A stretch of DNA of 64,000 nucleotides from Eledone cirrhosa (GCA_964016885.1 OZ024740.1:55304001-55368000); one strand, 5' to 3'. Positions 48,454-61,687 are shown, numbered from the stretch's first letter. A program made the numbers and translations. The notes: generated by a model not told the origin, from the sequence alone.

Positions 48454-51400
48454 TGAATTAAATGATATATCTAAAAAAGACACTATGTTGTGAGTTGAGT
48501 GACCTCGTAAGATATCCGTCATTGACACACTCTAGATGATTTAATCACACAAATTCCACGGATATGCAATTATTATCATCATCATCATCATCCTCAGAAC
48601 TATCATTATCGAATTTGATTTAGTTAAAATTCCGAACAATGTTAAAAAAATTAACCTCTCACTTTTGCTACAAACCGTTAATAGAACCTTATTTTATAGA
48701 AATGTTTGTATCCGAAACTCAGAAAAGATATGAAATTATGCAGTATGATGTTAAAATATGATCACAATTTTTGTTTTAATTCTTCTTGTTCTTTAAATCT
48801 AATTTTCGGACATTTCTTGAAAACCATGTCTGAAACTTAAAATCTACTTCTCAGATATTTTATCTCATTTTTAGAACACTAATTGAAGCTGAGAAAGCTG
48901 GGAGGAGGGTACATATATGCTATATATAAACTATTTGAAATATATGGTTTTGATTGTTTTAATTGAATGCCTCAATGTCTGAAATCACTTCTGTTGAATG
49001 CCTCATTATCTGAAATCACTTCTGTTGTGAAGTAAATGCTTAGTGACTGCTTAATTTGTAAGATGCTTCTCTAAGCAACAAAATCCTGTTAATTGACTCA
49101 AGGAATGCTAAGTGGTTAAGAGTGGCTAAGTGGTTTGATCTCTTTGACGACATCGTCAAATCTCGTTAATAAAACCCCGGTTCAATCCGAAGCCTTCCAT
49201 TGGATTTGGTATAAAGAAACTGTGCGGAAGCTCATCAGATGGGCTATAAGAGACTTACTAACCCAGAAATTTCGTCTAAGAATTCTGTTAAGGATACATA
49301 GGTCTATGGAATACTAAGTCACTTACACGTTAATTAAACAGGTAAAATGTTTGATTGCTTAAACAACTGTATTGCTTTGTCGAAACCGATGAAAGTTCCA
49401 AGGATTGTCAAATTTTAATCGCAGTGTATGTTCTTGAAATATGCCACTTCTTCTAGTTTTCATACATTTTATTCTGCTTCTATTCTAGAGAACTACATAT
49501 TCTAATCCCATCAGAATTATTCAAAGAATTTTTATTATTCTTAATATTTCATCGTGTGATTTTGCTTTTTCAAACATAACATAATGATATATATTTTTGT
49601 TCACATTTCTCGGAATTCTACTGCAGGAACCGATTTCAACAATATTACAGTTCCTTTGAATGTTTTTGCCAGATCTTGCAATCAGTGCCAGATGCAATCT
49701 ATTTAGTTATCTATTTTTTTTTATTTATTGTCAATTGTGTATTTAGATAATTCGGTATTCAGATCCATTCTATCAAAAGAGTGGCAAAAATCCACGGAAA
49801 AAACGAATAACAAACTGTTAATCAATCTGATGTTTACCCGCCTCCAATTTTCTTTCTTTCTTTGTCCCTCTCTGCATATACTGCATATATATACTTACAC
49901 ACACACAGACATTTATATGTATGTATATATATATATATACAAGTAGACAGAAAGAAAGATAGTGAATGTTAGAGAGATAGAGAACGACATAAGATGCGTC
50001 AGTGAAACGAAGCATTAAATGGAGAATAGAAAATAGAAATAGAAAAGTGCAACGAAAATAAATGGTTCTTTGTGGCTTTGTTATGGATGTTTGCCTGTAT
50101 TTTGGCTATAGGTTAGTAATTCCGCTATTTCTTTTCCTATAAAGCGATAGAGAGCTTGTCACATAGAATAGAGCTTGTTATATCAGGTTCTAGCGTCGAA
50201 ATTAAAGGTAAATATATTTCTCTTTAAATGTCACATTTACTGTTCTCTATCTAATCTATTGCCTAACAAACGTATCGGCCAACTTTGCTGGTGATACTGG
50301 GAAATGGTGAAATGGACTGTAACTAATGCAGACAAATGTCACCATCAATGGAGACAAAACAGAAAGAAACACAATTCGACATCAGATGTATGAAAGTGAG
50401 TGAAGAAAGTATCGGTCAAATATAATAACAGTGAGAACACAGAAAATGTACAAGTGGTCAGTCAGTCAGTCTTAATGGACATACTGTTTAACTTCCCACA
50501 GAACAGGTCAAGCGGCTGCTTGTCTGTTTTTCACTGTTTTCGACTGCGCCAGAACACTCACATTTTGCTGTCGCTTCAAACTGCATCAAGCTATCACCGT
50601 CTTATCCACTGAGAAATACTTGCGAATACTAATATAATTGATATTTTCTACTTTGATAATCAATTAAGTTATATTCTCATTCTAAACCTGATTAACGCTT
50701 GCACGATTAGCAAGGAAAATATTCAGACGAATGTGTTCACATCTTAACAACGTTTATTTGTTAGACAAACAATTTCTTACCGACACCTTAGAAGACTAAG
50801 CAAACCCTTTTAGCTAAACAATGTGATACGTTTAACACCCATGAGTAGATAAGATTCCCTCGTATTTCTCTACATTTTACACAGATACAGCATTTTTCTT
50901 CCTCCCGTACTCTATTAAATGTTATCATGCGTAGTTCTTTAACTATGAATTCCGTAGAAATGTTATTTATTACACCGTTTAATGTAAATAATAGAAGTGA
51001 TTACTGTTAAGTATTTCACTTAGTTAAACAACTATTAGTAAATACATTTTTAACGCGTGTATATAAATATATACATGTCTGTCTGTGTATCTCCATATAA
51101 ATAGAAACATATACAGTAATACATGTGGTGCCAATATGAAACTGATTTACAAACACACACACACGCGCGCGCGCACACACACAAACACATATATATATAT
51201 ATATATATAATGTATATGTATCTGTGTGTGTGCGCGTTGCATTTACAAAAATGTTTAAAAGTTGCTCATTAAACGAAATAGAATTGATGTGTTATGTTAG
51301 AAGCTGAGGTTTACTAAATTGTTAACCTGAGTTTCCCTTTTATCAATTATTCAAACTGTTGAAATATGGAGGCAGCTTGATAACATATACACACCGTGTT

Positions 51401-51932
51401 CATATCGTTGAAATATGATTGGTCATCAAGTTTGTAACCATGAGGAAACTTATCACACATCATATACACTGCAAATGCTAGATAGAAAAAATCCACATGT
51501 AAAAGCCATATTATGTTGATGCCTACAATAACACATGTGTAAGATACACAAAAGGTATTAAGGTGTTTACGAATATTTTGATTTACATAGTGTCACTTTT
51601 CTTCCCGACCTCAATCATTTGAATAAAGTCCATCACAAAATTAGCTATATTTGTATTAAGGTGGACATTTATGAATAAGTGTAAGTAAGTTCAAGTCTAT
51701 ATAATCGCTAACATCGGTAGATTTACTATCAGTTAAATTACCATATAGTAGAGTCATATTTATACTAGATTAGTCATGGAAGACGATAGAAATGAGCAAC
51801 AAAGGTAGATTTCTCTTATATTTCCAATATGTATCGTACAAAAACTACAGCAAAAAATTATTGATTCCCATTTCGGTAAAAGTAAAATCTATATTTTGCA
51901 CAAGCACACACAGACATACATATTCACACGTG

Positions 51933-52065
<133 letters not shown>

Positions 52066-52074
52066 TATATATAT

Positions 52075-52254
52075 AACAAAGGAATTGTGGTAAGGAACCA
52101 GATGGACCACAACGCACCAGAGTACTCAATACTTAGGGTAGTAGAGTGGGTATGACTCCGACGGCAGAGCTCAAGCCGTTTCGACGTCTATTTCTGGACT
52201 AGTCAGAAATAGCCGTCGAAACGGCTTGCTCTGCCGTCGGGGTCATACCTTTTC

Positions 52255-52256
<2 letters not shown>
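52075..52256 (-). mobile_element. Fold-back mini-element family H5, copy 1, in (TA)n
   Basis: GC-rich hairpin 52149-52249 (ggtatgactccgacggcagagc...gtttcgacgtctatttctg / cagaaatagccgtcgaaac...gctctgccgtcggggtcatacc) plus a tail at 52075-52148. Second copy at 57261-57441. Confidence 0.85.
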
Positions 52257-52286
<30 letters not shown>

Positions 52287-53563
52287 GTATATCTATATAT
52301 GTCTGTGTGAATGTTTCTGTGGCTGTATATGTGTGTGCCTGCGTGTGTTTGTGAGTATGTTTTTGTGTGAAAGTGTATGTATGCATGCATGTACGTATGC
52401 ATGTATGTATGTATGTATGTATGTATGTATGTATATATGTATGTATTTATGTTTGTATGTATGTACGTATGTATGTGTGAGTGTGTGTGTTCTGTTCCCC
52501 CATCAGCTGAAGATAATTTGTATTTTGCTATGTTAAAACACAGTATATTCCTCACAGAAACTCCACTTTTTAAACATTTCATGCTAAACATATCCCTTAT
52601 TTGTTTTCTTGTTTTCTGAGCATCCTACATAAATACTACATTTTGGTTTTTCCCTTTGCCAGAACGTATCTTAAACTGTGCGTTTCAGCAACAGTAAAAG
52701 CTCATTTATACCGTAAAAATCAATACAAGAAAATATGGATATGATTCATGGATTTCCAACCGCTAAACATATTCCTTTCAGACGATTTTTTCTAATATTT
52801 AAAAATATCCTTTACTAGTAGGTGGTATTTCAGATTTCCATTCTTATTGTTAGTGAGCTATGGTTAAGGATAATGATTTTTTTTATTAAGTGGGGATTTG
52901 TTGGTGTTTGCAAAATTTCAATGCTTCAGGAACAGATAAATGTACGTCAGATTACGATAAGTTTATTTTTATACACACTTACACCAATATGTTTTTCTTT
53001 ATTAATATCTTCCTCTCATGCTCTAGTGTGCAACGTGTTGCATATAAAAAAGATTGGTTCGCCATTTTCAAATAAATTTATTATGAATAATCGGCTTAAT
53101 CCAGGATATGTAGGTTAAAGTTGGCTACTCCACAAGTATACAGATTCTTTTAAGTAGGAAATATGTAAAAACTTCAGGTGCAATTCAAATTCCTGTTTGT
53201 TCATGCATTATTCTCGTTGAGTTAAATAAAATTCCAAATAGATGTGTTAGTGTGATTGTCTTTAGGAACCCGCATCAAACCAGAATTGTTCCGGTGAAGA
53301 TGATCGTATCATATTTTCAGAAAAGGTCTCCAAATATTGCACTTCCTTCTAAAATAAAGAAAGGTATAGTTTGAAAATAATTTATTTCCCAACTAGATTA
53401 GCTATGGTAATAATATGCTATGATGTATAGTTTCCTTTCTTAAAACGGGCAAATAGGGTTTTATGGTTATATAGCTATTTCTTGAAAGCCAAGCAAGCAT
53501 ATGAATGCTGGTGTTGATACACACACATACACACAATTACACATAGACGCACGCATATGTATG

Positions 53564-53603
<40 letters not shown>

Positions 53604-53618
53604 CATACATATGCGTGC

Positions 53619-53689
<71 letters not shown>

Positions 53690-55566
53690 ATGTATGTAAA
53701 TATGTGGAAGTTTGTGCGAATGTTTCTGGTTTCATGTCACGATTGTTATACATATTTCAAGGTATATTTGAAGACTTTTGTTTTCTTCTGACCCCTTTCA
53801 TCAAATTGTGCTAACACAAAGATATAGCCAAGCGGAAATAATTGCATTATCACTGATATGAAAAAGAAAACTAAATAGATATCAAGAGATGTGCTATTTT
53901 ATACCACAGCGATACATGCAAATATTTCATCGTCTCGGCAAAGATAGGCGAGTTAAAAGAGCCTGTCCAGCTTGCAGTGCTCTTCCATAAGGAAAGCAGT
54001 CTTTACTCCGATCCAACTGAGTAGGGAGTTGAATGATGAAGCCAGGATTTTGTCTGTTTTGACCGCTATCATTTCGGAAAGGAATCTATTAAGTGAGCAG
54101 TTGCTACTGTGTGTTAGCTTGTGCTTCTCAGCCTGTCAAGTCACAAAGCTTATGGCAGATGGTCATTTCACCACGTATCGATGACGAATGTATCATTGAA
54201 GGCTGCAGATCAATTTAAGGATTCCTCTTTATTGTTTTGAAAAGTCCACAGGTTTATGCCTCAGATCTGGGACATTAGTATTATCGATTTATTCTCCCTT
54301 TCGAAGTTGAATGTTACGCTAAATTGTTGGCTTCACATTGATAAGTTCGCCTTACCTGTAAAAATATTCAGAACAAAATCCTTATAGTCATTATTATCCT
54401 CCTCACCAGCATCATAACTAACAGCACCTCACTACTAATCTCGTCCTCCACATTCCTCTCACAGCCATTGTAATCCTCTTCATCCCCAATGTCCACAAAC
54501 AGTTTTATCATTTGACATTATAACTATTGTCTACATGCTTAATGTCATTGTACTCCTCCTTCTCCTCCTTCTCCGCCCCTCCCCCTCCCCCTCATCACCA
54601 TCCTCATCATCCTCATCATCACCACCACCATCATCATCTCTGATACTAGTCATTACCATGAGTACACTGACTATAATTGTTTGAAAGTACCTATAACGAA
54701 GATAAGGGTTATTGTGAAAATGCTTCTACTAGCGTAGTAGATGATAATGATGATAATGAAGTTGTTAATTATGACAATAATGATGATGATAATGATGATG
54801 ATGATGATGAAGATCATCATCAACATCATCATCATCATCATGAGGTGGAGGTTGGCGATTTTGATTATGATGTTAATTGAGATGAAGTTGCTGCTTGTTT
54901 GTGTCTGGTGATGATGATGAGGTGGACGATAATGATGAGGATGATGCTGAAGCGGAGGTGGAAGGAGAAGATAAAGGCGATGATGTTTAAGATTAATATT
55001 ATAACAATGATATAAGAACGATAATTGATCATTGATGATATTTTTTATATACTTCCTTATCAAAAACTGCAACAACGGCCACAACAATATCATACATCGA
55101 AGTGGTTGCTTGATATTTTAGAAATAGCACCCAATTTCAATTTGAAAAATGTGGTCCAAACTATTGGAAATGTGTTGGTCAAACATGGATCGCCTTAAAT
55201 CATATATCTGTTTGAAAAGCGATATTACGCAACTAAAAAAAAACGACACCAACATTAACAACAGCAGCAAGAGCAACATACCACAAAACTCTTCATCATT
55301 AATAGATACAGAGTGGGCTATGAGTACTTTACTTGAAAAAGGACAGATTTCAATCATATATAGTAACTCTATAGATTAACATAAATTGCCTTGCGATGAA
55401 ATTTAATATCAATATGATTTTTTTTTCTTTCGTTTTATATACACTTTATAAGAGAAGCATAGTAAGATAATTATGGCTCACACTCAATATAATAGTGATG
55501 AAAAAACATATTTAAAGACAGCTATTGTATGCATCTATGTATATATCTAGTATATGCATATATCTA

Positions 55567-55660
<94 letters not shown>

Positions 55661-55756
55661 TATATATATTCATATATATCCATATATATATATTCATATA
55701 TATATATATATAAATATATATATATAAACATACGTGTATTCACACACACACGCACA

Positions 55757-55935
55757 AGTTGTGTCCTTGAGCAAGACACTTTATTTCTCCAGTCCACTCA
55801 GCTGTCAAAATTGAGTTGTACCTATAATTCGAAGGCCAAGCCTTGGCACGTACGGTGTCACGTTAATTTCACAGACAGGCAGTTCTGTTGATCGGATCAA
55901 TTGGTAGACTTGTCGTCGTAACCGACGGAGTGCTC
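55757..55935 (+). mobile_element. CORE-like SINE fragment
   Basis: gttgtgtccttgagcaagacacttta resembles the CORE-SINE domain (from memory). A weaker relative may lie at about 49110-49370. Confidence 0.5.
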
Positions 55936-55960
55936 TTTCTAATTATATATATTTATATAT

Positions 55961-56744
55961 ATATATGTGAAAAAAATGGGGAGAAGAATACTGCAGGTTG
56001 CACATGGATAACATGTTATAAAATGAGTCCCTCATCAGTGATTTGCCAACGATCATAGATATTTCATTGCATTAAAAATCATATACCTCACGTCGGTGCA
56101 ATAATAACTAAATTAAGTTATTAGGACAATTAAAACGCGTAAAGCGAGTGAGACAAGTAAACAACAAAGAGGAAAGCTAACCGTAGATAGGAAGTGAACA
56201 AGCTACATAGTTATTCTGTCAGCATAAGCTGGGTGAATATATGAGCGCTTAGAAAAAGACCTTTCGAGATGAATCCAAATGTAAGAAAGAAGGAAATTGT
56301 ATTCGTCGCGAACGGGGTGAAGTGAGAAGGGGAGAAACAGTGAGTGAGTGAGTGGAAGTGTGAGGAAGAGTTAACTGACATGACAGAGGGGGCGAAAGAA
56401 AGTAGGAGAAACAGAGAGAACGAGGGAGCAGTAAGAAAGAGAGAGAGAAAAACAGAATCGCAGTTTAGGTAAATATATGTGAAAAAAATGGGGAGAAGAA
56501 TACTGCAGGTTGCACACGGATAACATGTTATAAAATGAGTCCCTCATCAGTGATTTGCCAACGATCATAGATATTTCATTGCATTAAAAATCATATACCT
56601 CACGTTAGTGCAATAATAACTAAATTAAGTTATTAGGACAATTAAAACGCGTAAAGCGAGTGAGACAAGTAAACAACAAAGAGGAAAGCTAACCGTAGAT
56701 AGGAAGGGAACAAGCTACATAGTTATTCTGTCAGCATAAGCTGG

Positions 56745-56748
<4 letters not shown>
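55961..56748. mobile_element. Partial tandem (1.5 copies) of a 512-nt non-coding unit, flanked by (TA)n
   Basis: 55967-56236 is repeated at 56479-56748 with about 4 substitutions. Diverged homologues at about 57445-57870 (reverse) and 30980-31140. Confidence 0.8.
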
Positions 56749-56800
<52 letters not shown>

Positions 56801-56809
<9 letters not shown>

Positions 56810-57225
56810 AGATCAAAAGATGGTTAAAAGAGTTCCATGTATTTTATTATGCGCATTTCAAAAACAAATATCATCATGCAATAACATTTGTGTTTTCATC
56901 AGATAAAATAGGAAGACATGATATGAAGGTTAAAAAACACTTCTGAATAGTGCAGTTTTAAATCAACATATGTTGATTTAAAACTGCACTATTCAGAAGT
57001 GTTTTTTAACCTTCATATCATGTCTTCCTATTTTATCTGATGAAAACACAAATGTTATTGCATGATGATATTTGTTTTTGAAATGCGCATAATAAAATAC
57101 ATAGAACTCTTTTAACCATCTTTTGATCTTATATATTATGTATACTCCAGTCCTACAAACTGTAGAGTGCTTCTTATCCGATATCTGCATTGCTTTATTG
57201 TACTACAATAAAACTCACCTCCTAC
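56801..57225 (+). mobile_element. Fold-back mini-element family H6 (hammerhead-bearing), in (TA)n
   Basis: 338 bp spacerless palindrome 56801-57138 centred on caacat|atgttg, with one mismatch seen, plus a unique tail at 57139-57225. Confidence 0.9.
57029..57099 (+). ncRNA. Minimal type I hammerhead ribozyme motif, intact core (mirror copy 56840-56910 on -)
   Basis: TATTTTAT-CTGATGA-aaac acaaatgtta ttgcatga tgatatttgt tttt-GAAA-TGCGCA-TA-ATAAAATA: 8 bp stem I, ~10 bp stem II, palindromic stem III and UA site. Confidence 0.8.
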
Positions 57226-57260
57226 ATATATATATATGTATATATATGTATATATATATA

Positions 57261-57441
57261 TAACAAAGGAATTGTGGTAACGAACCAGATGGACCATAAC
57301 GCACGAGAGTACTCAATACTTAGGGTAGTAGAGTGGGAAATAGGAAAATGTATAACCCCGACGGCAGAGCTCAAGCCGTTTCGACGGCTATTTCTGTCCA
57401 GAAATAGCCATTGAAACGCCTTGAGCTCTGCTGTCGGGGTC
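57261..57441 (-). mobile_element. Fold-back mini-element family H5, copy 2
   Basis: Same tail and hairpin as 52075-52256. The axis is at the same place (tttctg-tc-cagaaa). Confidence 0.85.
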
Positions 57442-57865
57442 AAAGCTGGTATGAATTTTTTTTCTCTCTCTCGTCTGCGACTTCACAGAACTTATGTTTA
57501 CCGAATTCGCAGACCAGACCCCTTCTTCCTCCCGTTAGACCTGTGCGAAATTCCTTCCTTGCTCACATTTCAACCAGGTTTGATGGTCTTTATTCTCTCG
57601 TTCTCGATTCCACCGAATTTATATTCATAGAAATCTGGGACTTGTTTCCTTCTTCATCACTTTCTGGTGCTTAAACCATTTTGTTTGTTTACCCTAGCAT
57701 CCCCTTTATTTACGTGTCCCAACGACTTTTTTTTAGCCGTTGCTCGCACCAACCTGAGGTATATGGCCTTTAATGCGACGAAATGCCTACGACAGTTGGA
57801 TGGCCACTGATGAGAACAAACTTTTTCATATGTAACCCATTTGCAGCGCCGCAGCCCCATTATTA

Positions 57866-57906
<41 letters not shown>

Positions 57907-58140
57907 AGAATTCTATTTAAATTGTTGGGATACAACAAGCAAATATTTTTATAACTGATATAAATCACTCAACAAATATTTGGAGTAAAAATACGATATT
58001 AACAAATGGAAACTATATTTATAAAACAATATTTATTTCATTATACATATTTCAAGGACACCAAGTTAAATTATGGTGTGCTTTCATCAGATCAAATATA
58101 ATATAGATCAGTTTTATAAATAAATATTGACATACCCTTA

Positions 58141-58262
58141 ATTAATTGTTTCTACTATTGGCACAAGGCCAGAAATTACCCAGTACATTACTGGTACTTT
58201 ATTTTATCGACCCCGTAAGGATGAAAGGCAAAGTTAACCTCGGCGGGATTTGAACTCAGAAT
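58141..58262 (-). mobile_element. tRNA-derived SINE S1 (5'-truncated) nested in H2
   Basis: Reverse S1: ggcacaaggcc...ctggtactttattttatcgaccccgtaaggatgaaaggcaaagttaacctcggcgggatttgaactc. Confidence 0.8.
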
Positions 58263-58359
58263 GGCAAATGCAACCAATACTGTTCCGGGAGCTTCCAACA
58301 GTAATGGTTGCATTCTTTAAGGGTATGTCAATATTTATTTATAAAACTGATCTATATTA

Positions 58360-58424
58360 TATTTTATCTGATGAAAGCACACAATAATTTAACTTGGTGT
58401 CCTTGAAATATGTATAATGAAATA
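58360..58424 (+). ncRNA. Minimal type I hammerhead ribozyme motif (mirror copy 58034-58098 on -)
   Basis: TATTTTAT-CTGATGA-aagcacac...gtgtcctt-GAAA-tatgta-TA-ATGAAATA. In the minus copy, stem II is aag-c-acacca / tggtgt-c-ctt. Confidence 0.72.
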
Positions 58425-58463
58425 AATATGGTTTTATAAATATAGTTTCCATTTATTAATATC

Positions 58464-58514
<51 letters not shown>

Positions 58515-59422
58515 AGTACATACAAACAAAGGTATATCTAAATATATATATAAACACATCAGAAGTTTAATGTGTGTATAGGTGAGTGTCTATGTTCATT
58601 GTTTACTGATAAACAAACCTTCCCTAGATAACATAGTGTTCATTGATGTTCAAGTGCGGAACACAGGACGAAACACATGTCTTGTCTTGGAGATCATCTT
58701 CAAACTGCCTCTGACGTTAGTATTGTTCAGATCTCAACCCGTTTTCTGTGTTAATTTTTTTCCTCGCTTTTCTTCCGTTTCATGGCCATCAAAAAGCAGA
58801 CCACATCGGGTGTGTCTGAGTGTATATGTGAGTGTGTGTGTGTGTGTGTGGGGGGGGGGGGGTTATCTGTGTGTGTGTGCGTTTGAGTATGTGTACGTGA
58901 GCGTGTTTACTTTACTAAACGTTTTCATGTCACCAGATTCTCATCAATGATGTCGGTGTCTGTCAGAAAGAAACTTTTCTTAAACAGCAAATTACATTTG
59001 TCATAGCTTAGATCCTTTTGCCATCGCCTTGCTTGTTAGCTGATCAAAGAGAATGGCCGTATCACGCCTGCAGACCGGAGATACATTAGGTGTTCAATCA
59101 CTTGCACTGACCGAGCGGTAATTAGAGTAAATATACACATTAGTGACGAATGAGTAACCATTCGCCCTTCTTCTTCTTCTTCTTCTTCTTCTTCTTCTTC
59201 TTCTTCTTCTTCTTCTTCTTCTTCTTCTTCTTCTTCTTCTTCTTTCTATAGTTGTAGTTTGATGCAATTCCAAATAGAAAACAAGAAGGAAAAACACAAA
59301 ACAGTCCTATAACAGCATGTATACACATGTACGCAGTTACACACAAAATGGCTTACTTAAAATAAACACGTATATAGAAAGTGTCTCATATATACACCGT
59401 TATACAAAAGCAAACTTTTACA

Positions 59423-59456
<34 letters not shown>

Positions 59457-59484
59457 TGTGTGTGTATATATATATGTATATATA

Positions 59485-59554
<70 letters not shown>

Positions 59555-61687
59555 TGTGTATGTGTGTGTGCGTGCGCGGATGTGTGCATTTATATATAAA
59601 GACCTCACATACACACATAAATTCAGGATGTAATAAACACTCATATACACGTACGTCCGTATGTGTTGGCGCCATTCTATACGCCAATGAATGTCAATGC
59701 ACACAACTGTGTACATTCATAAACACACACTTATATACACACACAATCACACACACGCACGCATAGAAAGTGGCAGAAATAAACAGCCACTCACTCCCTC
59801 TACCCTCCACACACTCGCTTCCCCACTGACTCTAATTTTACCACTCTAGTGCATTCAGTCATACATAACACTCACCGGATTTATCAAGTTTCTTTATACC
59901 GTTGCGAGATCACTTACTACTTCTACAACCTATTAACTGATCTCTCGTATTGTCTCGTCCCTATTATCAACGTTGTGTCGTACATGAAACCCTCTTTTCT
60001 CCTACCTTCACCAACTTAACGAAAACAACCTCCACCACCACCACCACCACCACGACCACCGCCACCATAGAATCAAACACAACCCTCCCCACAAATACGA
60101 CGACGTCGACCCCTCACTCATCACTACTTTCAAAGACACACATACATCACACATACATGGAGACTCATATACTATTAGAGACACATAAATCTCTTATAGT
60201 TGATGACCACTCTGGCGTCTTAATTTATAACCTAAATACGTTCATCTTGATCCTTCACACTTTTTTATCTTCTCTACCTTTCGTCTTTGACCTTTTTTGC
60301 TGGAAATCATTTACATCCTACTTGTACTGAAATCAACTCTTTATTGGTGCATCGAGGGTGGGGGAGTCATGTTATTCTGACTACTAAAAAAATATGCCCT
60401 GATTGTTGTTCAGTTCTTTGTAAATTGGCATGTTAAAAATTAGGGTATTAGTTTTCATTAGCAAAATTACTCTTCTAAAATACAAATTAAGCATACGTTT
60501 TCATATCAAGAATCTTGCAAAATTTATATTCATATCCTCGAAACAAAGTTTTAACTTACTTATTCTGTCAATAAATGAACTGACAGACCTTTTAGGGTGT
60601 CGGAAGTAATAGCGTGTGGCTACAGCCATTCTATTGAGATTTGAGTTTAAATCCCACCGTGGCTTGCTAACAATAGTAGAAAGGAATATACATCCATGCA
60701 GTTAACCATGGTGAGCATTACAGCAATCCATGCTTTTCAACCTTCTGGAAAAAGTTATAATATTTGTTATGCTTTCGAATCTTAGATATTTGTGATTTAT
60801 TGGGTGAAGTTATAAAAGGTTGAGTTCTGGTTCTTGAGCTTGCAACGCTGTGATAAATTCCGTTATTCGGGTGAAAACAAAACAAGCATTGCTGTGAATA
60901 GAATGTTCGTCTCAGATTCAATACCACCATGGGACAAGTTCAAGTATTTTTTACTGTAACATCGGATTGATCAACGTTTTCTGTTGGAGGAAAATTATGT
61001 TGAAACTCATTCAGAAGAACTTCTCTTATTCCTTGGGAGTAGATTTAAACGTCACCTGGGCACTGGGTGGTTTTAGCAGTGTACATTCCGGTTGCATGCA
61101 TTGATGCCAATTCTCCTACCTGAGAATGAATTTCCGTCAACTTCCCACCAATCCCGTATGCCATGAAAAAATTCATAGGCGTTGCATTTCGTCCCGTGAC
61201 TAGGTAATTAAAAAGTACAAACAAACAACAACAAAAAACGTGGAATATTTTCTCAAATATATTTTCCTTAGTACATACAGATGAAGAGACATACTGGTAT
61301 GAGTATAAGTTAAATGCAAACAGTCTAATAACATAGGGTGTACAGTTTAATCACTTCTATTCGTATATCACGAGGTTACGGAAAAAAACACTAGAGTATT
61401 TATATGTCCTTTGTTAAGGTACATACACATCTTTACTAACCAATGTAACAAATATGTTAATATAGCATTAGAAATGGCATGTGAAAAATATTTCAATAAT
61501 CCTAGATTAACTGTCAAGGAAATAAAGAAACGTTACACGCAGTTGCCATGACAGCAAACTAGAGATAATATAGAGGGGTTCCATAGCAGGCTAATTTTAT
61601 AAGTGGTATTAGCTGGTTGTTGTTGTTGTTATTATTATGATTATTATTAATAATAATAATAATGATAATAACAATAATAATAATAAT

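Larger units (their letters stand above)
57903..58467. mobile_element. Fold-back mini-element family H2, copy 2, interrupted by a SINE
   Basis: Arms about 57991-58140 / 58318-58467; tail 57903-57990 homologous to 12833-12917. The central hairpin differs from copy 1. Confidence 0.85.

Noticed and set aside
48962-49027. 31 bp tandem duplication
   Set aside because: Only two units with no spacers; an ordinary local duplication, not an array or CRISPR.
52149-52249. Hairpin as a pre-miRNA
   Set aside because: It is a dispersed repeat with a shared tail and TA flanks. Nothing in the sequence supports a miRNA call without small-RNA data.
54020-54070. gaagccaggatttt as a possible next AP-2 exon (EAxHLARDF)
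   Set aside because: It does not translate to HLARDFG in any frame and has no suitable acceptor. The next exon was not found in the window.
60700-61170. Possible CR1/L2 RT remnant on the minus strand (AYGIGGKL-like)
   Set aside because: Too degenerate to support by eye; needs a tBLASTn/HMM search.
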